DNA of 64,000 nucleotides, taken from assembly GCA_046313635.1 (NCBI GenBank), contig JBKBYA010000007.1, forward strand, positions 101,030-165,029. The letters are read 5' to 3'. Of the stretch, positions 7,146 to 16,731 are shown in pieces. The position numbers were made by a program, and so were the translations under genes. The notes beneath the pieces were generated by a model. That model searched no databases, was not told the origin of the DNA, and saw only the letters and a program-made list of their open reading frames with translations. The stretch comes from Pyrinomonadaceae bacterium (GTDB taxonomy: Bacteria; Acidobacteriota; Blastocatellia; Pyrinomonadales; Pyrinomonadaceae). Within the stretch, counting starts at the first letter, position 1; each line of letters starts with the position of its first letter.

Positions 7146-9482
7146 GTGATGAATTCGGATTTAAGCAATCAGGTCATAGCCCAGCTCGTCGACGCGGACG
7201 ATCGATCTCTCCCCCGGCGGTCGCTCGACCTCGGGAACATTCTCACGCCGGAACTCGGTTTGCTTTCGCCCCGACGGAGCGAGATCGCACCAAAAGGCGT
7301 CGGCCGCGATGCCGCACTGATCGCCTACTCCGAGCGTCTCCGGCACAGCTACAAGACGAACGAAGGCGGGATCAGGGAAGGTATGGTGAAACTCGCCGAC
7401 GCCTACAACAACGGCCAGACGGTCGCGGTCTCGTGCTTCTGTCGTGCCGGTGACGCATGTCACGCCGATGTCGTGAAGATGGCGATCGAGAAGGTCGGGC
7501 GAACGATGAACGCCCGCGAAGTCGCTGCGGAGAAGCCGGCCCGCGCGGTCGACGAACGTACGCCCTCGATATACGCGAACCCCAGGACCCAGCGAGCGAT
7601 AAACGAGATCCTCTCCTTCAGCCGATCGGAGATGTTGCTCGCGACGTTGGAGGACACCGAGGGCCGCAACAGAAGCGAGCACGCCTCGTATCTCAACGGA
7701 CATTCGCAGTTCGTCAGGGACGCCTACGAGCGCGGCTGCGTGGTTCGCAATGGCGCCTTGATATCGCCGAAGGATGTCGCATCTGTTGCGCCGCCGCTCA
7801 CCGTGGCGACCAGCGAGTACGCCGTCAAAAGGCTCTCGACGATCGTGGGGGAGGAACGAGCCAAGAAACTCGCGCCGCGGATCGTCGAACATGGGAACGC
7901 GATCGCCGGTAGGTCCGCCGACCGCGATACGACGATCAAGGTCTTCAACTGGATGTACGAGGCCCTGGAAGGCAGAAATGGATTCCTACCCTCCGGTGAA
8001 GGAATGCCCGAACATGAGTCGAAAGAGGAAAAATTCGAAAGGACCTTGACGGAGATATCAAGGGCCGCAGTGGAAATGTCCCGGCTCGAACCGTCCGATA
8101 AGCTGCTCCCGATGGACCACCAGAACCAGCATGCGACCGTTCATCACGATCAGTTCGCCCCAGGTGAATCCAACGATAGCGATATCGAGCACGACTCCCT
8201 GGAAGCGACGGAATCTGTCGTCGCTCTGCAGGAGTTCGATCGTTTTGAATTGGCGGATCCGACTCTTTCCCGCTTGTCATCCGCGATGTCCGCTGAAGAA
8301 CTCAACCGATGGACCGAGATTCGCTTGCCGGTGATCGACGAAGAGCTCGAAAGCGGTACGTCGGTGGGATCGATCCTGAAGATCTACCAGAACGGCGTCT
8401 ATCACGCCGCGAAAGAGGGGCCGGCGGAGAAACAATCGGCGATCGACAATCTGAAGTTCGCGTCCGCGTACATCCGCCACCAACTGAAACAACCGGAGTC
8501 CAGGCTGCGGCACTACAATCCGCGCTATCGCGACTACGCGGCGATGCTCGAGAGCGCGACGTCGCGGGCGGAGGTGATCGACGCGGCCTCGACGATTCGT
8601 TTGGAGAACGCCCGGACCGGATTCCAGTGGGAAAAGCTTCCGGTAGCGGAAAAGGCCAAGACCGACCGACCGCTGACCGCGAAGGAAATGCAGTTCCTGT
8701 TAACCGAAGCATCCCCGCGCCACTACACATCGGAGATGACCGCGACGAAACTCTCCTACCTGGCCGTCGGGCACGAGGCCAGAGCGAAAACCGAGGCTTT
8801 GATGCGCGCGGAAATCGCGCCGAGCCCGGAAGCCGTGCAACTGATCGGCAGTCTCGAATCAAGAGTTAGAAGGCGAGATCTCAAAAATTCACTGGCCGCC
8901 ACGAGGCATTTTCTAGCAAGTTTGAATACCTCGAACGACGAGCTGCGTTACAAGAATGTTTTCGATCACAGAGAGCTGTACCAGAGGCTGCCCGCGGCAG
9001 AGAGGGACTTTGTATATCAAAGAGCCGTCCAGCAAAAACAGTCGCTAGAGTCGAAGCTCGCTCCCCGCGAGAAAGGTGATGAAGTAAGGGTCAGTGACTC
9101 GACCCACGCAACAGGAGAGATAAACACTTCGCTGAAGCACGATGATCTAGCGGCCTTGCGGCGCGCCGTTAAGGACAACGTCGTCGAGTTAGTCGGGCAT
9201 AATCCCGAAGTGACCTCGGTTCAACTCGCGGAGAGGACGAGCCTTGTATTCGGTGCGGCTTTGGCGAAGATCGGCTTCTCCGATGTTGACGTTAAGTGTG
9301 AGATCGACGCGATCAACAGGGAAATGGGCGAGGGCGTTGTGAACGGCTTGAGATCGGCTAACCTTGATCAGCACCGCAGGGACGTTAACCAGCACATAAA
9401 CTCCAGAAACTCTTCGGGAGACAATGGCTCGCGCGTGGGTGCGACGCAGGAGAGGTTTTCAGACCGGCTCTTGACCCGTTGA
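7146..9482 (+). CDS. Large hypothetical protein with an N-terminal DUF4326-like C-x-C..CHAD motif
   Basis: 778-aa ORF; VAVSCFCRAGDACHADVV. Confidence 0.7.
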   Translation: MMNSDLSNQVIAQLVDADDRSLPRRSLDLGNILTPELGLLSPRRSEIAPKGVGRDAALIAYSERLRHSYKTNEGGIREGMVKLADAYNNGQTVAVSCFCRAGDACHADVVKMAIEKVGRTMNAREVAAEKPARAVDERTPSIYANPRTQRAINEILSFSRSEMLLATLEDTEGRNRSEHASYLNGHSQFVRDAYERGCVVRNGALISPKDVASVAPPLTVATSEYAVKRLSTIVGEERAKKLAPRIVEHGNAIAGRSADRDTTIKVFNWMYEALEGRNGFLPSGEGMPEHESKEEKFERTLTEISRAAVEMSRLEPSDKLLPMDHQNQHATVHHDQFAPGESNDSDIEHDSLEATESVVALQEFDRFELADPTLSRLSSAMSAEELNRWTEIRLPVIDEELESGTSVGSILKIYQNGVYHAAKEGPAEKQSAIDNLKFASAYIRHQLKQPESRLRHYNPRYRDYAAMLESATSRAEVIDAASTIRLENARTGFQWEKLPVAEKAKTDRPLTAKEMQFLLTEASPRHYTSEMTATKLSYLAVGHEARAKTEALMRAEIAPSPEAVQLIGSLESRVRRRDLKNSLAATRHFLASLNTSNDELRYKNVFDHRELYQRLPAAERDFVYQRAVQQKQSLESKLAPREKGDEVRVSDSTHATGEINTSLKHDDLAALRRAVKDNVVELVGHNPEVTSVQLAERTSLVFGAALAKIGFSDVDVKCEIDAINREMGEGVVNGLRSANLDQHRRDVNQHINSRNSSGDNGSRVGATQERFSDRLLTR

Positions 9483-9636
9483 AAGATACCTGCACGGCGA
9501 GAACGCTTAAACAGGTGGGCCAGTGAGCGGCGGACGGGTTCGCCCTATGCGGCGCCTAACTGATACGGGTGTAACTCCCTTGGATGCCCCGTAAATAACC
9601 CCGGACTCATTCAGGGATCTCGTTGCTTCGAGGCGG

Positions 9637-10158
9637 TCAATTCCTTACCTTCTTGTTTGGAGAGTCCGGCTGTTCGATCAGCCCCACAGCAGCCAATTGG
9701 TTGGATGTCGGATCGGAGGTAATCTCTCTAACATCCTCCAGCCGGAGAGCCCCTCCCTTCCATCGCCGCTGTGAGCCCGGCGTCACGACCAGAAACCACG
9801 CCGAGGCCTCGTCGCGCCTAGGACCTAGTGGCATCGCCCAAAGGGTGGAGCGGTGGTGGCTCTGCCGCGAATAAAGGTAAAAGTAATTGCGGTGAGCGAT
9901 AGCGCGATTGGCGTTCGAATAACTGCGACCCTCTTTCGGGTTCCACACCACACCCTCCATTTCTCTCAGGTCTTTGGGGAATCCGCCGCGCTTCTTGTTG
10001 AACGAGAGGAGGTCACGCATGATGACCTCGGCCGCGTCCACGGGCAGGTCAGCGGCACGCTGCCGCTCGGCCACCCACAAGCTGTAGACGTACACCCCGA
10101 CGACGAGCAGCAGAGCCAGCGGAAGGAGGACGAGCGATATCTTCAAGCTGTTCAGCAT
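9637..10158 (-). CDS. Membrane-anchored protein with a pilin/pseudopilin-like N-terminal segment
   Basis: N-terminal TM helix, then LLSFNKKRGGFPKDLREM; last gene of the virD4 operon. Confidence 0.6.
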   Translation of the reverse strand: MLNSLKISLVLLPLALLLVVGVYVYSLWVAERQRAADLPVDAAEVIMRDLLSFNKKRGGFPKDLREMEGVVWNPKEGRSYSNANRAIAHRNYFYLYSRQSHHRSTLWAMPLGPRRDEASAWFLVVTPGSQRRWKGGALRLEDVREITSDPTSNQLAAVGLIEQPDSPNKKVRN

Positions 10159-10175
10159 ATATCTCCGTACCTTCT

Positions 10176-12182
10176 CTAGAGCGTGTGATAGCGTTGTTCG
10201 TACCTGCTCGACAGCCGAAGGCGCAGATCGCCGGTCAGGTCGTCGAGGGCGTCGGCGTATGGGTGATCGAAAGAGCCTTCCACTTCAGGCGGGCTTTCTG
10301 ATCTGACGGCGCCTACTGTTAACGGTTTGAGCAGCCCCATCAACCTTTCGTCGGTGTAGACCCGATCTACCTCCCTCGAAATGAGTTCGGAAACGTCCTC
10401 CCGTACGGACTTGATCCCGGCACTTGCCGGCGAAGGCGGGGAAAGGGAGAAGGTGGGGTCGATATCTCCCAAATGCAGTTCACGCGGCGATCCTTTTTGC
10501 CTCGCGGCGAAGGATTCCGGCAGCACGGCCAGCGGTGGATACGCGGCCCTGATCGGCGGCGCGGTGTCGCTGATGATAAGCACTTCCGAATGGGCTGCTA
10601 TCTGCCGGATCTCCGACGGCAGCATGAGAGAACGCTTCTGCTCGGCGTATCTCGTGTTGTCCGATCTTTTGCCCGGGAAATCCTGAAAGGTCTTCGAGAA
10701 GATCGTCGTCTCACCAAGCTGCTTCGAGGCGTACTCCGCCGTCACGTCGTCGAGGCCGGGCAGAAATATCTTGGTCATCACGGTACCCAGGATCGCGTTC
10801 GCTCGCTCCCGTCCGTACTGGTCGTACATCTGCGGCAAGTCCTGATATCCGAGGCCGAGGCCGACTCCGCGCCCGCGCCCGATACCGGAGATGCGTTTCA
10901 CCTCCGCTACGTTGAGCTGATACGCCTCGTCTATGAGTACGAAACACGGGAACTCGGGCTCGTTGAGACCGTCGAGTCGCATCTCCATCACCGCCTGCCC
11001 GAGGAACGTCGCGATGAACTCCTTATATATATCCGCCGCCCCCTCGGAGACGACCAGGTAAACGGCTGTCCCGGGGCTACGAAGATCGGAAAAATCCACT
11101 TCTCTGCAGCCCGCATTTTTTTCCTCCGCGGTTCGCGGCATTGTCACCTTTCGCGCGGGCGCAAGAGTGAACGGCCGGAGCTTGTTGTACAGGCCGATGA
11201 GGATTGACCCGCGTGTTTGGATCGGTGCTTGCCGGAAAGCGAGGTACGCCTGCTTCGCATATATGCTCGGTGAGTTCTCCATCGCCTCCGCGAACGAGTC
11301 CTTCTCCTGCTCCCCGAGCGACAACAGAAAATCGGCCGCGAAGGCGGGGATCGCCTTCTCCCGGTACACTTCGGAGATGTGTAGGAGAATCGCAGTGAGT
11401 GCGATCTGTTCCGCATCGCCCCAGAACGGATCCGCGTTTGTCTTGCGGCGGCTTTCGATCCCGATCATCATCCCGGCGACCTGGCAAGCGAAGGCGGGAT
11501 CGTTCCGGCACTTCGGGATGAAGTTCCACCGATCGCTCTTCGACGGGTCGTTTAGGTCGAGGCGGAAAACCGTATTCGCGGCGCCCGCCGTTTGTGCGAA
11601 AAGTTCGCCCTTCGGGTCGTAAACGAGGCACGAAGACCGGCCGAGGATCGCCCGGATCATCGCGATGAAGAACGTTTTCGATTTTCCGGAGCCGGTCGGC
11701 CCGAACATCACGAAATGCCGGAGCCACTGTGCCGGGGGCAGAAACACATCGCGGCCGCCGAACGCTTTCGCGACCGGCAAGGCGTTCGCGGGGGTCGGCA
11801 ACCCTCGGATCCGGTTCATTAAACCGCAACGGATGAGGTCGGCAGCCTTAGCCCACCGAGCCGATCCGTGAGCCGTGCTCATCCGCCTGATGCGGTAATT
11901 CGACAGAAGCGAATAGGCGTCAACGCACCCGCCGCCGACGCAGCAAAGTGCCATCGCCCAGAAAACGAGGTTGACCAGACCCGGTTCCGAGAAAAGCCAT
12001 CCGGCGAAGAGGCTTAGGACCGCACCGATCACCCCAAGCATGATGAAGAAGGCTCCCTTGCCGATGTCGCCCGCCCAGTGCCAGAACGCATTGTACGAAG
12101 GCAGGTACTGCTCGTTCGCCTTGCGTGGGATCCCGTATGCCGCATCCAACCTTTCTATCCGCTCGCGGGAAAACATAATCAT
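10176..12182 (-). CDS. virD4: Type IV coupling protein (VirD4/TraG family)
   Basis: Two TM helices, HGSARWA, Walker A GPTGSGKS, YDPKGEL, LIDEA, YQDLPQM..QYG. Confidence 0.95.
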   Translation of the reverse strand: MIMFSRERIERLDAAYGIPRKANEQYLPSYNAFWHWAGDIGKGAFFIMLGVIGAVLSLFAGWLFSEPGLVNLVFWAMALCCVGGGCVDAYSLLSNYRIRRMSTAHGSARWAKAADLIRCGLMNRIRGLPTPANALPVAKAFGGRDVFLPPAQWLRHFVMFGPTGSGKSKTFFIAMIRAILGRSSCLVYDPKGELFAQTAGAANTVFRLDLNDPSKSDRWNFIPKCRNDPAFACQVAGMMIGIESRRKTNADPFWGDAEQIALTAILLHISEVYREKAIPAFAADFLLSLGEQEKDSFAEAMENSPSIYAKQAYLAFRQAPIQTRGSILIGLYNKLRPFTLAPARKVTMPRTAEEKNAGCREVDFSDLRSPGTAVYLVVSEGAADIYKEFIATFLGQAVMEMRLDGLNEPEFPCFVLIDEAYQLNVAEVKRISGIGRGRGVGLGLGYQDLPQMYDQYGRERANAILGTVMTKIFLPGLDDVTAEYASKQLGETTIFSKTFQDFPGKRSDNTRYAEQKRSLMLPSEIRQIAAHSEVLIISDTAPPIRAAYPPLAVLPESFAARQKGSPRELHLGDIDPTFSLSPPSPASAGIKSVREDVSELISREVDRVYTDERLMGLLKPLTVGAVRSESPPEVEGSFDHPYADALDDLTGDLRLRLSSRYEQRYHTL

Positions 12183-12183
12183 T

Positions 12184-12972
12184 CTACGGGCGTTGCCCTG
12201 TCGCTCTGAGCACGTCACTTTGCTCGCGAAGTTCGCGCATCGCGGTTTCGTTCAGCGGCAACGCGTCCCCTCGCCACCGCCTGATCTTCCAGCCCGCGGA
12301 GCTCAACTGTTCATTGCTGCTGAACGGAACCGGTGTTTGCGCGGTGCTGGATGCCTCGAAATAAATCACGGAGTTCGCCTCGCTGACGGGAAGGGGAAAT
12401 TTAAGCAGTATTGCGGGACCGACGCTCGGCGCTTTTGGCAGTGTCAGAATCTCGAACGAAAGTGGAGCAGCGCGGTAACTGAATCGCAGTTCACTCAGGC
12501 TTGAACGAAACGAACCATCCTCGATTTCGATTCCGGGCGGAAAAAGTTTCCTTGCCATCATCTCGCTAATCAGTTCGACGTAGGAGACGTTGGCTTTTCC
12601 AGTGGCCCCGTGCCTCGCAAACACCGCCAGGGAGACAGCCATCCCTACCGCCCCAGCCTCTCTGAGCCTGAGAGCCGTCTCGTAGGCGGTACCGGAAAGC
12701 GGTTCCCGGTGGGAGATCGGGCTTCCGGTGTCCGCATCCGGATTTTCCGATCCACCGTTTTCAACGAAGCGGAGCTGAGCGTGCTCCAGTCTGGACGGAG
12801 CGGTCAGCCTCACCGCGACGGTGATACCCGCCGTGAGTAGGATAAAAACAAACGCGCCGGACCGCGACGGGTCGATGAGCGAGCGCAATCGCGCAAATCT
12901 GCTCGGAGTAGGCTTCTCGCTCTTGACCGATTCGGATCGGGAATTTGCCTGTCCATTCTTCTCTTTCATCAT
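12184..12972 (-). CDS. Hypothetical single-pass membrane protein in the transfer operon
   Basis: ATGA-coupled to the upstream AAA gene; one TM helix. Confidence 0.7.
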   Translation of the reverse strand: MMKEKNGQANSRSESVKSEKPTPSRFARLRSLIDPSRSGAFVFILLTAGITVAVRLTAPSRLEHAQLRFVENGGSENPDADTGSPISHREPLSGTAYETALRLREAGAVGMAVSLAVFARHGATGKANVSYVELISEMMARKLFPPGIEIEDGSFRSSLSELRFSYRAAPLSFEILTLPKAPSVGPAILLKFPLPVSEANSVIYFEASSTAQTPVPFSSNEQLSSAGWKIRRWRGDALPLNETAMRELREQSDVLRATGQRP

Positions 12973-14060
12973 CGGCAACCCGCCCCAACCAACTGCGGCC
13001 ATCGCCGCGCCCACGACTCATCCCATTCCGCAAGCCAGGCATCCACCACCGGATCGAACGCGTTCGTCATCGCCAGCAAATAGTCCAGCTGCAAACCGAG
13101 CAGCTCGCGCGCCTCGCCGGTTTTCACGAAGTAGCAGAAAAATCGGCTGAGCGACCGCTCGTCGAGGCTCTCGACGGAATTCCTCACAAACGCACCGGCG
13201 ACATCTATCGATTCCCGGATGCTCGGGTGATCCTCCATCCCCGCGATCCCCCGCACCGCGTCGAGCAGCTTCACCGACAAAGCGAGCTGAGCGGACGTGG
13301 CCGTTGGGGTCCGCGCCCGAAGGATCTCGAGCTCCTTTTCGACGGTCGGGTTCGCGAACCGGCTGTAAATGTGCCGCGATATGAAAGGGCCGCTCAGTTT
13401 GTGGCGCAGATCGTTCGAGGTCGTAATCACGATCGGCCGGGATGCCCAGTCGCTAACCCCGATGCAGCCACCCTCATATCGAGGGACGTATATGAGTCCG
13501 CGTTCGAGCGGCATCAAAAGCGAATCCTCGATGCTCGCACCGAACTTGTCGCTCTCATCGAGCAGGAGCACGGGCGGAGCCGTCCGCGGTTTCGCATCGG
13601 CCGCTTTCGCGGCCAGATCGTACGCCAGACCGACCTCGCCGAGGATGAGGAACTGCCTCTGCCATTTCATCCGGCGCGCGTTTTCCATCGCGTTCGTTTT
13701 CTCGCTTGCCGGAAGCCCCTTGGCAAGCAGTACAACCTCACGCATCCATGCCTCCTGCTCTTCGCGGTCCCAGTCGTAAAGGATCTCCTCCTGCCGGAGC
13801 CCGTCGCGCCCCGCGACCACGCAGATCGTGAGGTTGCACGCCGCGGCGAGAGCCTCCGGGAACGCCGTCTTGCCGCTCCCGCGCGTCCCGGATATCAGCC
13901 ATGCACGGCCCGACTTCAGGCTCTCGCAAAAATCCCCGAACACTTCCTCCGCCGGAACATAACCGGTGTCGCAGAGGAGACTGTACAGGTCGCCCTCACC
14001 CCCCTCCTTCAAAAGAACGCGCGGGTCGATCTGCGGGCGGTCCGGATCGTGCGGGATCAT
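12969..14060 (-). CDS. MoxR-family AAA+ ATPase
   Basis: LISGTRGSGKT, LYDWD, LLLDESDK, ITTSN, PSIRESID; coupled to both neighbours. Confidence 0.85.
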   Translation of the reverse strand: MIPHDPDRPQIDPRVLLKEGGEGDLYSLLCDTGYVPAEEVFGDFCESLKSGRAWLISGTRGSGKTAFPEALAAACNLTICVVAGRDGLRQEEILYDWDREEQEAWMREVVLLAKGLPASEKTNAMENARRMKWQRQFLILGEVGLAYDLAAKAADAKPRTAPPVLLLDESDKFGASIEDSLLMPLERGLIYVPRYEGGCIGVSDWASRPIVITTSNDLRHKLSGPFISRHIYSRFANPTVEKELEILRARTPTATSAQLALSVKLLDAVRGIAGMEDHPSIRESIDVAGAFVRNSVESLDERSLSRFFCYFVKTGEARELLGLQLDYLLAMTNAFDPVVDAWLAEWDESWARRWPQLVGAGCR

Positions 14061-15418
14061 TCCTTTGTCGCCTCCTGAATCGGTTTGCGGCCGGCTAATG
14101 TGGAACTCTCCGGCAGGCCGGTGACCAGAACGTAGCCGTTTGACCCGGCGGCGACCTCCAGGAAGGTGTCTTCGCGTTTGTTCTTCAGGATCGCCCCCGA
14201 CAGGTCCTCGGTCATCGACTCCGTTCCCCGTCGCAGCGGTTCGGAAAGGATAACGGTGCCGCCGGACCTGATCGCGCCGATCGAGCCGAGAACGGACCCC
14301 GCCGTCTCCTTCATCCCTCGGAAGAAGCTTGCCCACTGCGATGTGAGATTTCGTCGCTTTCCCTCGATGCCGGACGCGCCGTCGCGACCGAGAAGCTCCC
14401 CGTTGAATCTGACAAGCTCGCCGGATACGGGGTCGATGAATCCGACGATATCCACGAAGGCCCGAACGGACTCGCCCGCACGAACATTTCCCACGATCAT
14501 CGTCCCGGCCGGATAGGCGTACCCCTTCCCTTCGACGGCGCGGGTCAGCTCCATCCGCACGAAGCCGCCCGAGTTGCGCAGCGTGTAGAGGGAGCCGACG
14601 AGGCGGACGGGCAGCAATGTTCCGAACGGTATGTGGTTTTGCAGTACGGCTTTTGGTGACACCGTATCGGTGGCCGCGGCGCCTTCGATGGGTTTGCGGA
14701 TCTCCGCTTGGGGATCGGTCTTTCTAAATACACCGAAGAAGAGGGATCGGCCACGAGCGCCATCCGGGTCGGATTCATTCGACACATTGTCAGGCGTCCG
14801 ACTGTCCGCAGCACTCGTTTGTTGAAGATGGGATAAACCAGGCTTATCAGTCGAGCTTTGCGGCGGCGTTGTCACCGGGTATGAGGCTACTTCGGCGGGG
14901 CGCACCCCGCTGTCTTGACTGCCCGCTCTCAACCCAGGCAAAACATCGCCGGCATCCGCCTTCGGATCCAACGGCCCAGTCTGTGCGTTTTCATCCAGAA
15001 CGATCGGGGTATCCAGCTGCGTACGGGCCGCGGAGGTCGATGAAGCCGGTGCGATCATGCTGAGCGCCATCTTTAGCTTTTCGTCCTCGGTCGCAGGCGG
15101 AGCGGCTTGAGCATTCTTTTGCCCGCTTCGGTTCACCGCTTCCGGCTTGGGTGAGGAGAACCATCCCATGCCGAAGAACCAAGCTACGCCGACGACGAGG
15201 AGGCAGAGAAAACCCCCGAAACCCGCGACCGTCTTGAGAACTTTCCACCGGCGCTTCGTTTGTGGGGCCGCAGGTTCATCAATCTGGGCGGTCTCGTCCT
15301 CCTCCGCAGTTTCGATTTCGTCGGATGCTTTGTGCAATAGTTTCTCCCTCGCGTCATCGTCCTCGAAACCGGGAAGCGCCGAGGGTATCTCAACCGGATC
15401 GGGTGTTGCTTTATCCAT
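14057..15418 (-). CDS. VirB10/TraM-like T4SS core protein
   Basis: TM helix, Pro-rich linker, IPFGTLLPVRL..YPAGTMIVG..DGASGIEG. Confidence 0.75.
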   Translation of the reverse strand: MDKATPDPVEIPSALPGFEDDDAREKLLHKASDEIETAEEDETAQIDEPAAPQTKRRWKVLKTVAGFGGFLCLLVVGVAWFFGMGWFSSPKPEAVNRSGQKNAQAAPPATEDEKLKMALSMIAPASSTSAARTQLDTPIVLDENAQTGPLDPKADAGDVLPGLRAGSQDSGVRPAEVASYPVTTPPQSSTDKPGLSHLQQTSAADSRTPDNVSNESDPDGARGRSLFFGVFRKTDPQAEIRKPIEGAAATDTVSPKAVLQNHIPFGTLLPVRLVGSLYTLRNSGGFVRMELTRAVEGKGYAYPAGTMIVGNVRAGESVRAFVDIVGFIDPVSGELVRFNGELLGRDGASGIEGKRRNLTSQWASFFRGMKETAGSVLGSIGAIRSGGTVILSEPLRRGTESMTEDLSGAILKNKREDTFLEVAAGSNGYVLVTGLPESSTLAGRKPIQEATKE

Positions 15419-15429
15419 CTCTTCGCTCC

Positions 15430-16731
15430 TTAGTTCTTTCGATCCCCGATGTTCCAGGTAATCGGTGCGTCGGCGGCTTCGCGATGCGCGACGAGGACGC
15501 GGATGTTTTGATTGATCCCGAGGATGGGGGCTTTGTAGACGAGTGCGTAGTAAGCGATCGAACCGGCCTGCACGAGCCCTTCAAGCGTGGTCGACTCCAC
15601 GTATTGAGGATCGATCCGGGTGGTCTGAATGCCGTTCCCGCCGCTGTCGCTCGTCTGCACCTGAAGCTCGGGCGAACCGGGCACGAGTCGCAGATTGGCC
15701 GTGGTGACGTTCCGCACGCCGACCACCACGAGTCGCGTTTCCGGATCGAGTTCCGTGACGCGCGATACGGCGAGCTCAAGACCGTGGTCGGGTTTGGACC
15801 ACGGCGCGAGATGTTTGAGGGGCTCTTTGATACTTTCCGCGAGTCTCTTGTTCGCAAGGGCCGAGATCTCCACTTCCGTCCTTCTCTTGTCCGCCCCCTT
15901 GACGCGAACCGGTTTCGAACCCGGGACATCCGCGTACACGGAACTAATCGAAGGGCCGTTTTCAGGTTGCGTTCCGACCGGGGACGGCTCCAATTGAGGA
16001 ACGCCGGAGACGAGCTTCGAGACCGCCCGCGAGTTCATCGGAACCGGCGAACCTCCCTCGCCCCCGAGATCATAAGCCAGGCCCGCTGTGCGCCGGGCCG
16101 AAATCACCGCATCGCGGTCGTATGTGACGACGCAGCGGTGCGCGTTCTTCCTGAGTTCCGCGACGGGGATCAACTCAAGAATCAGAACCAGCCCCGACCG
16201 CATCTGGAGGCTGATCGCGCTCGCGGCCCCGCCATCACGCGACGGCAGGAACGATTCGCCCGGGTAGATCGTGATCGACCGGTCCGTCTCCTTCGTCGGC
16301 GAATGAAAAACGGAAGCGAGCTTCGGGTTCCCTTCGTGGATGTAGTAGATGCCGTCCGAGGCCGGAAACTCCACGATCGAGACCGCGTTCTGTGCGAGAC
16401 CGAGCCGTATCACGGTCGGTTGCTTGGGGTTGACCGTCACCCTGGCCTCGCCGGAAAGGTAATCCGGTTCCGCCAGATTGACGACCGAGACCGGTGGCGC
16501 CTGCGTTGGTGCTGGTGACCTTGCGGGCGATGCGGCCCCCGCAGCCGCCGCGGGGATCACCTTTTGACCCCGTTTCTTGACCAGCTTCGACCCGATAGGT
16601 CGCAACTGTGCCTGTGCTTCCATTTCGGAAGATCCGAGTAGGATCGCTGCCGCCAGGAAGACGGCAAGAGCGAGCTTCGATACTTGAACGTTCATAAGAT
16701 TGATAGGCATTGTTTCTTCGGATAGGTTCAC
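15430..16731 (-). CDS. VirB9-like outer-membrane core protein
   Basis: Signal peptide; IRLGLAQNAVSIVEFP; lies between the VirB8- and VirB10-like genes. Confidence 0.55.
   Translation of the reverse strand: MNLSEETMPINLMNVQVSKLALAVFLAAAILLGSSEMEAQAQLRPIGSKLVKKRGQKVIPAAAAGAASPARSPAPTQAPPVSVVNLAEPDYLSGEARVTVNPKQPTVIRLGLAQNAVSIVEFPASDGIYYIHEGNPKLASVFHSPTKETDRSITIYPGESFLPSRDGGAASAISLQMRSGLVLILELIPVAELRKNAHRCVVTYDRDAVISARRTAGLAYDLGGEGGSPVPMNSRAVSKLVSGVPQLEPSPVGTQPENGPSISSVYADVPGSKPVRVKGADKRRTEVEISALANKRLAESIKEPLKHLAPWSKPDHGLELAVSRVTELDPETRLVVVGVRNVTTANLRLVPGSPELQVQTSDSGGNGIQTTRIDPQYVESTTLEGLVQAGSIAYYALVYKAPILGINQNIRVLVAHREAADAPITWNIGDRKN

Noticed and set aside
12969..14060. MoxR ATPase as the missing sigma54 activator
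   Set aside because: It has no GAFTGA loop or DNA-binding HTH; the motifs are MoxR-type
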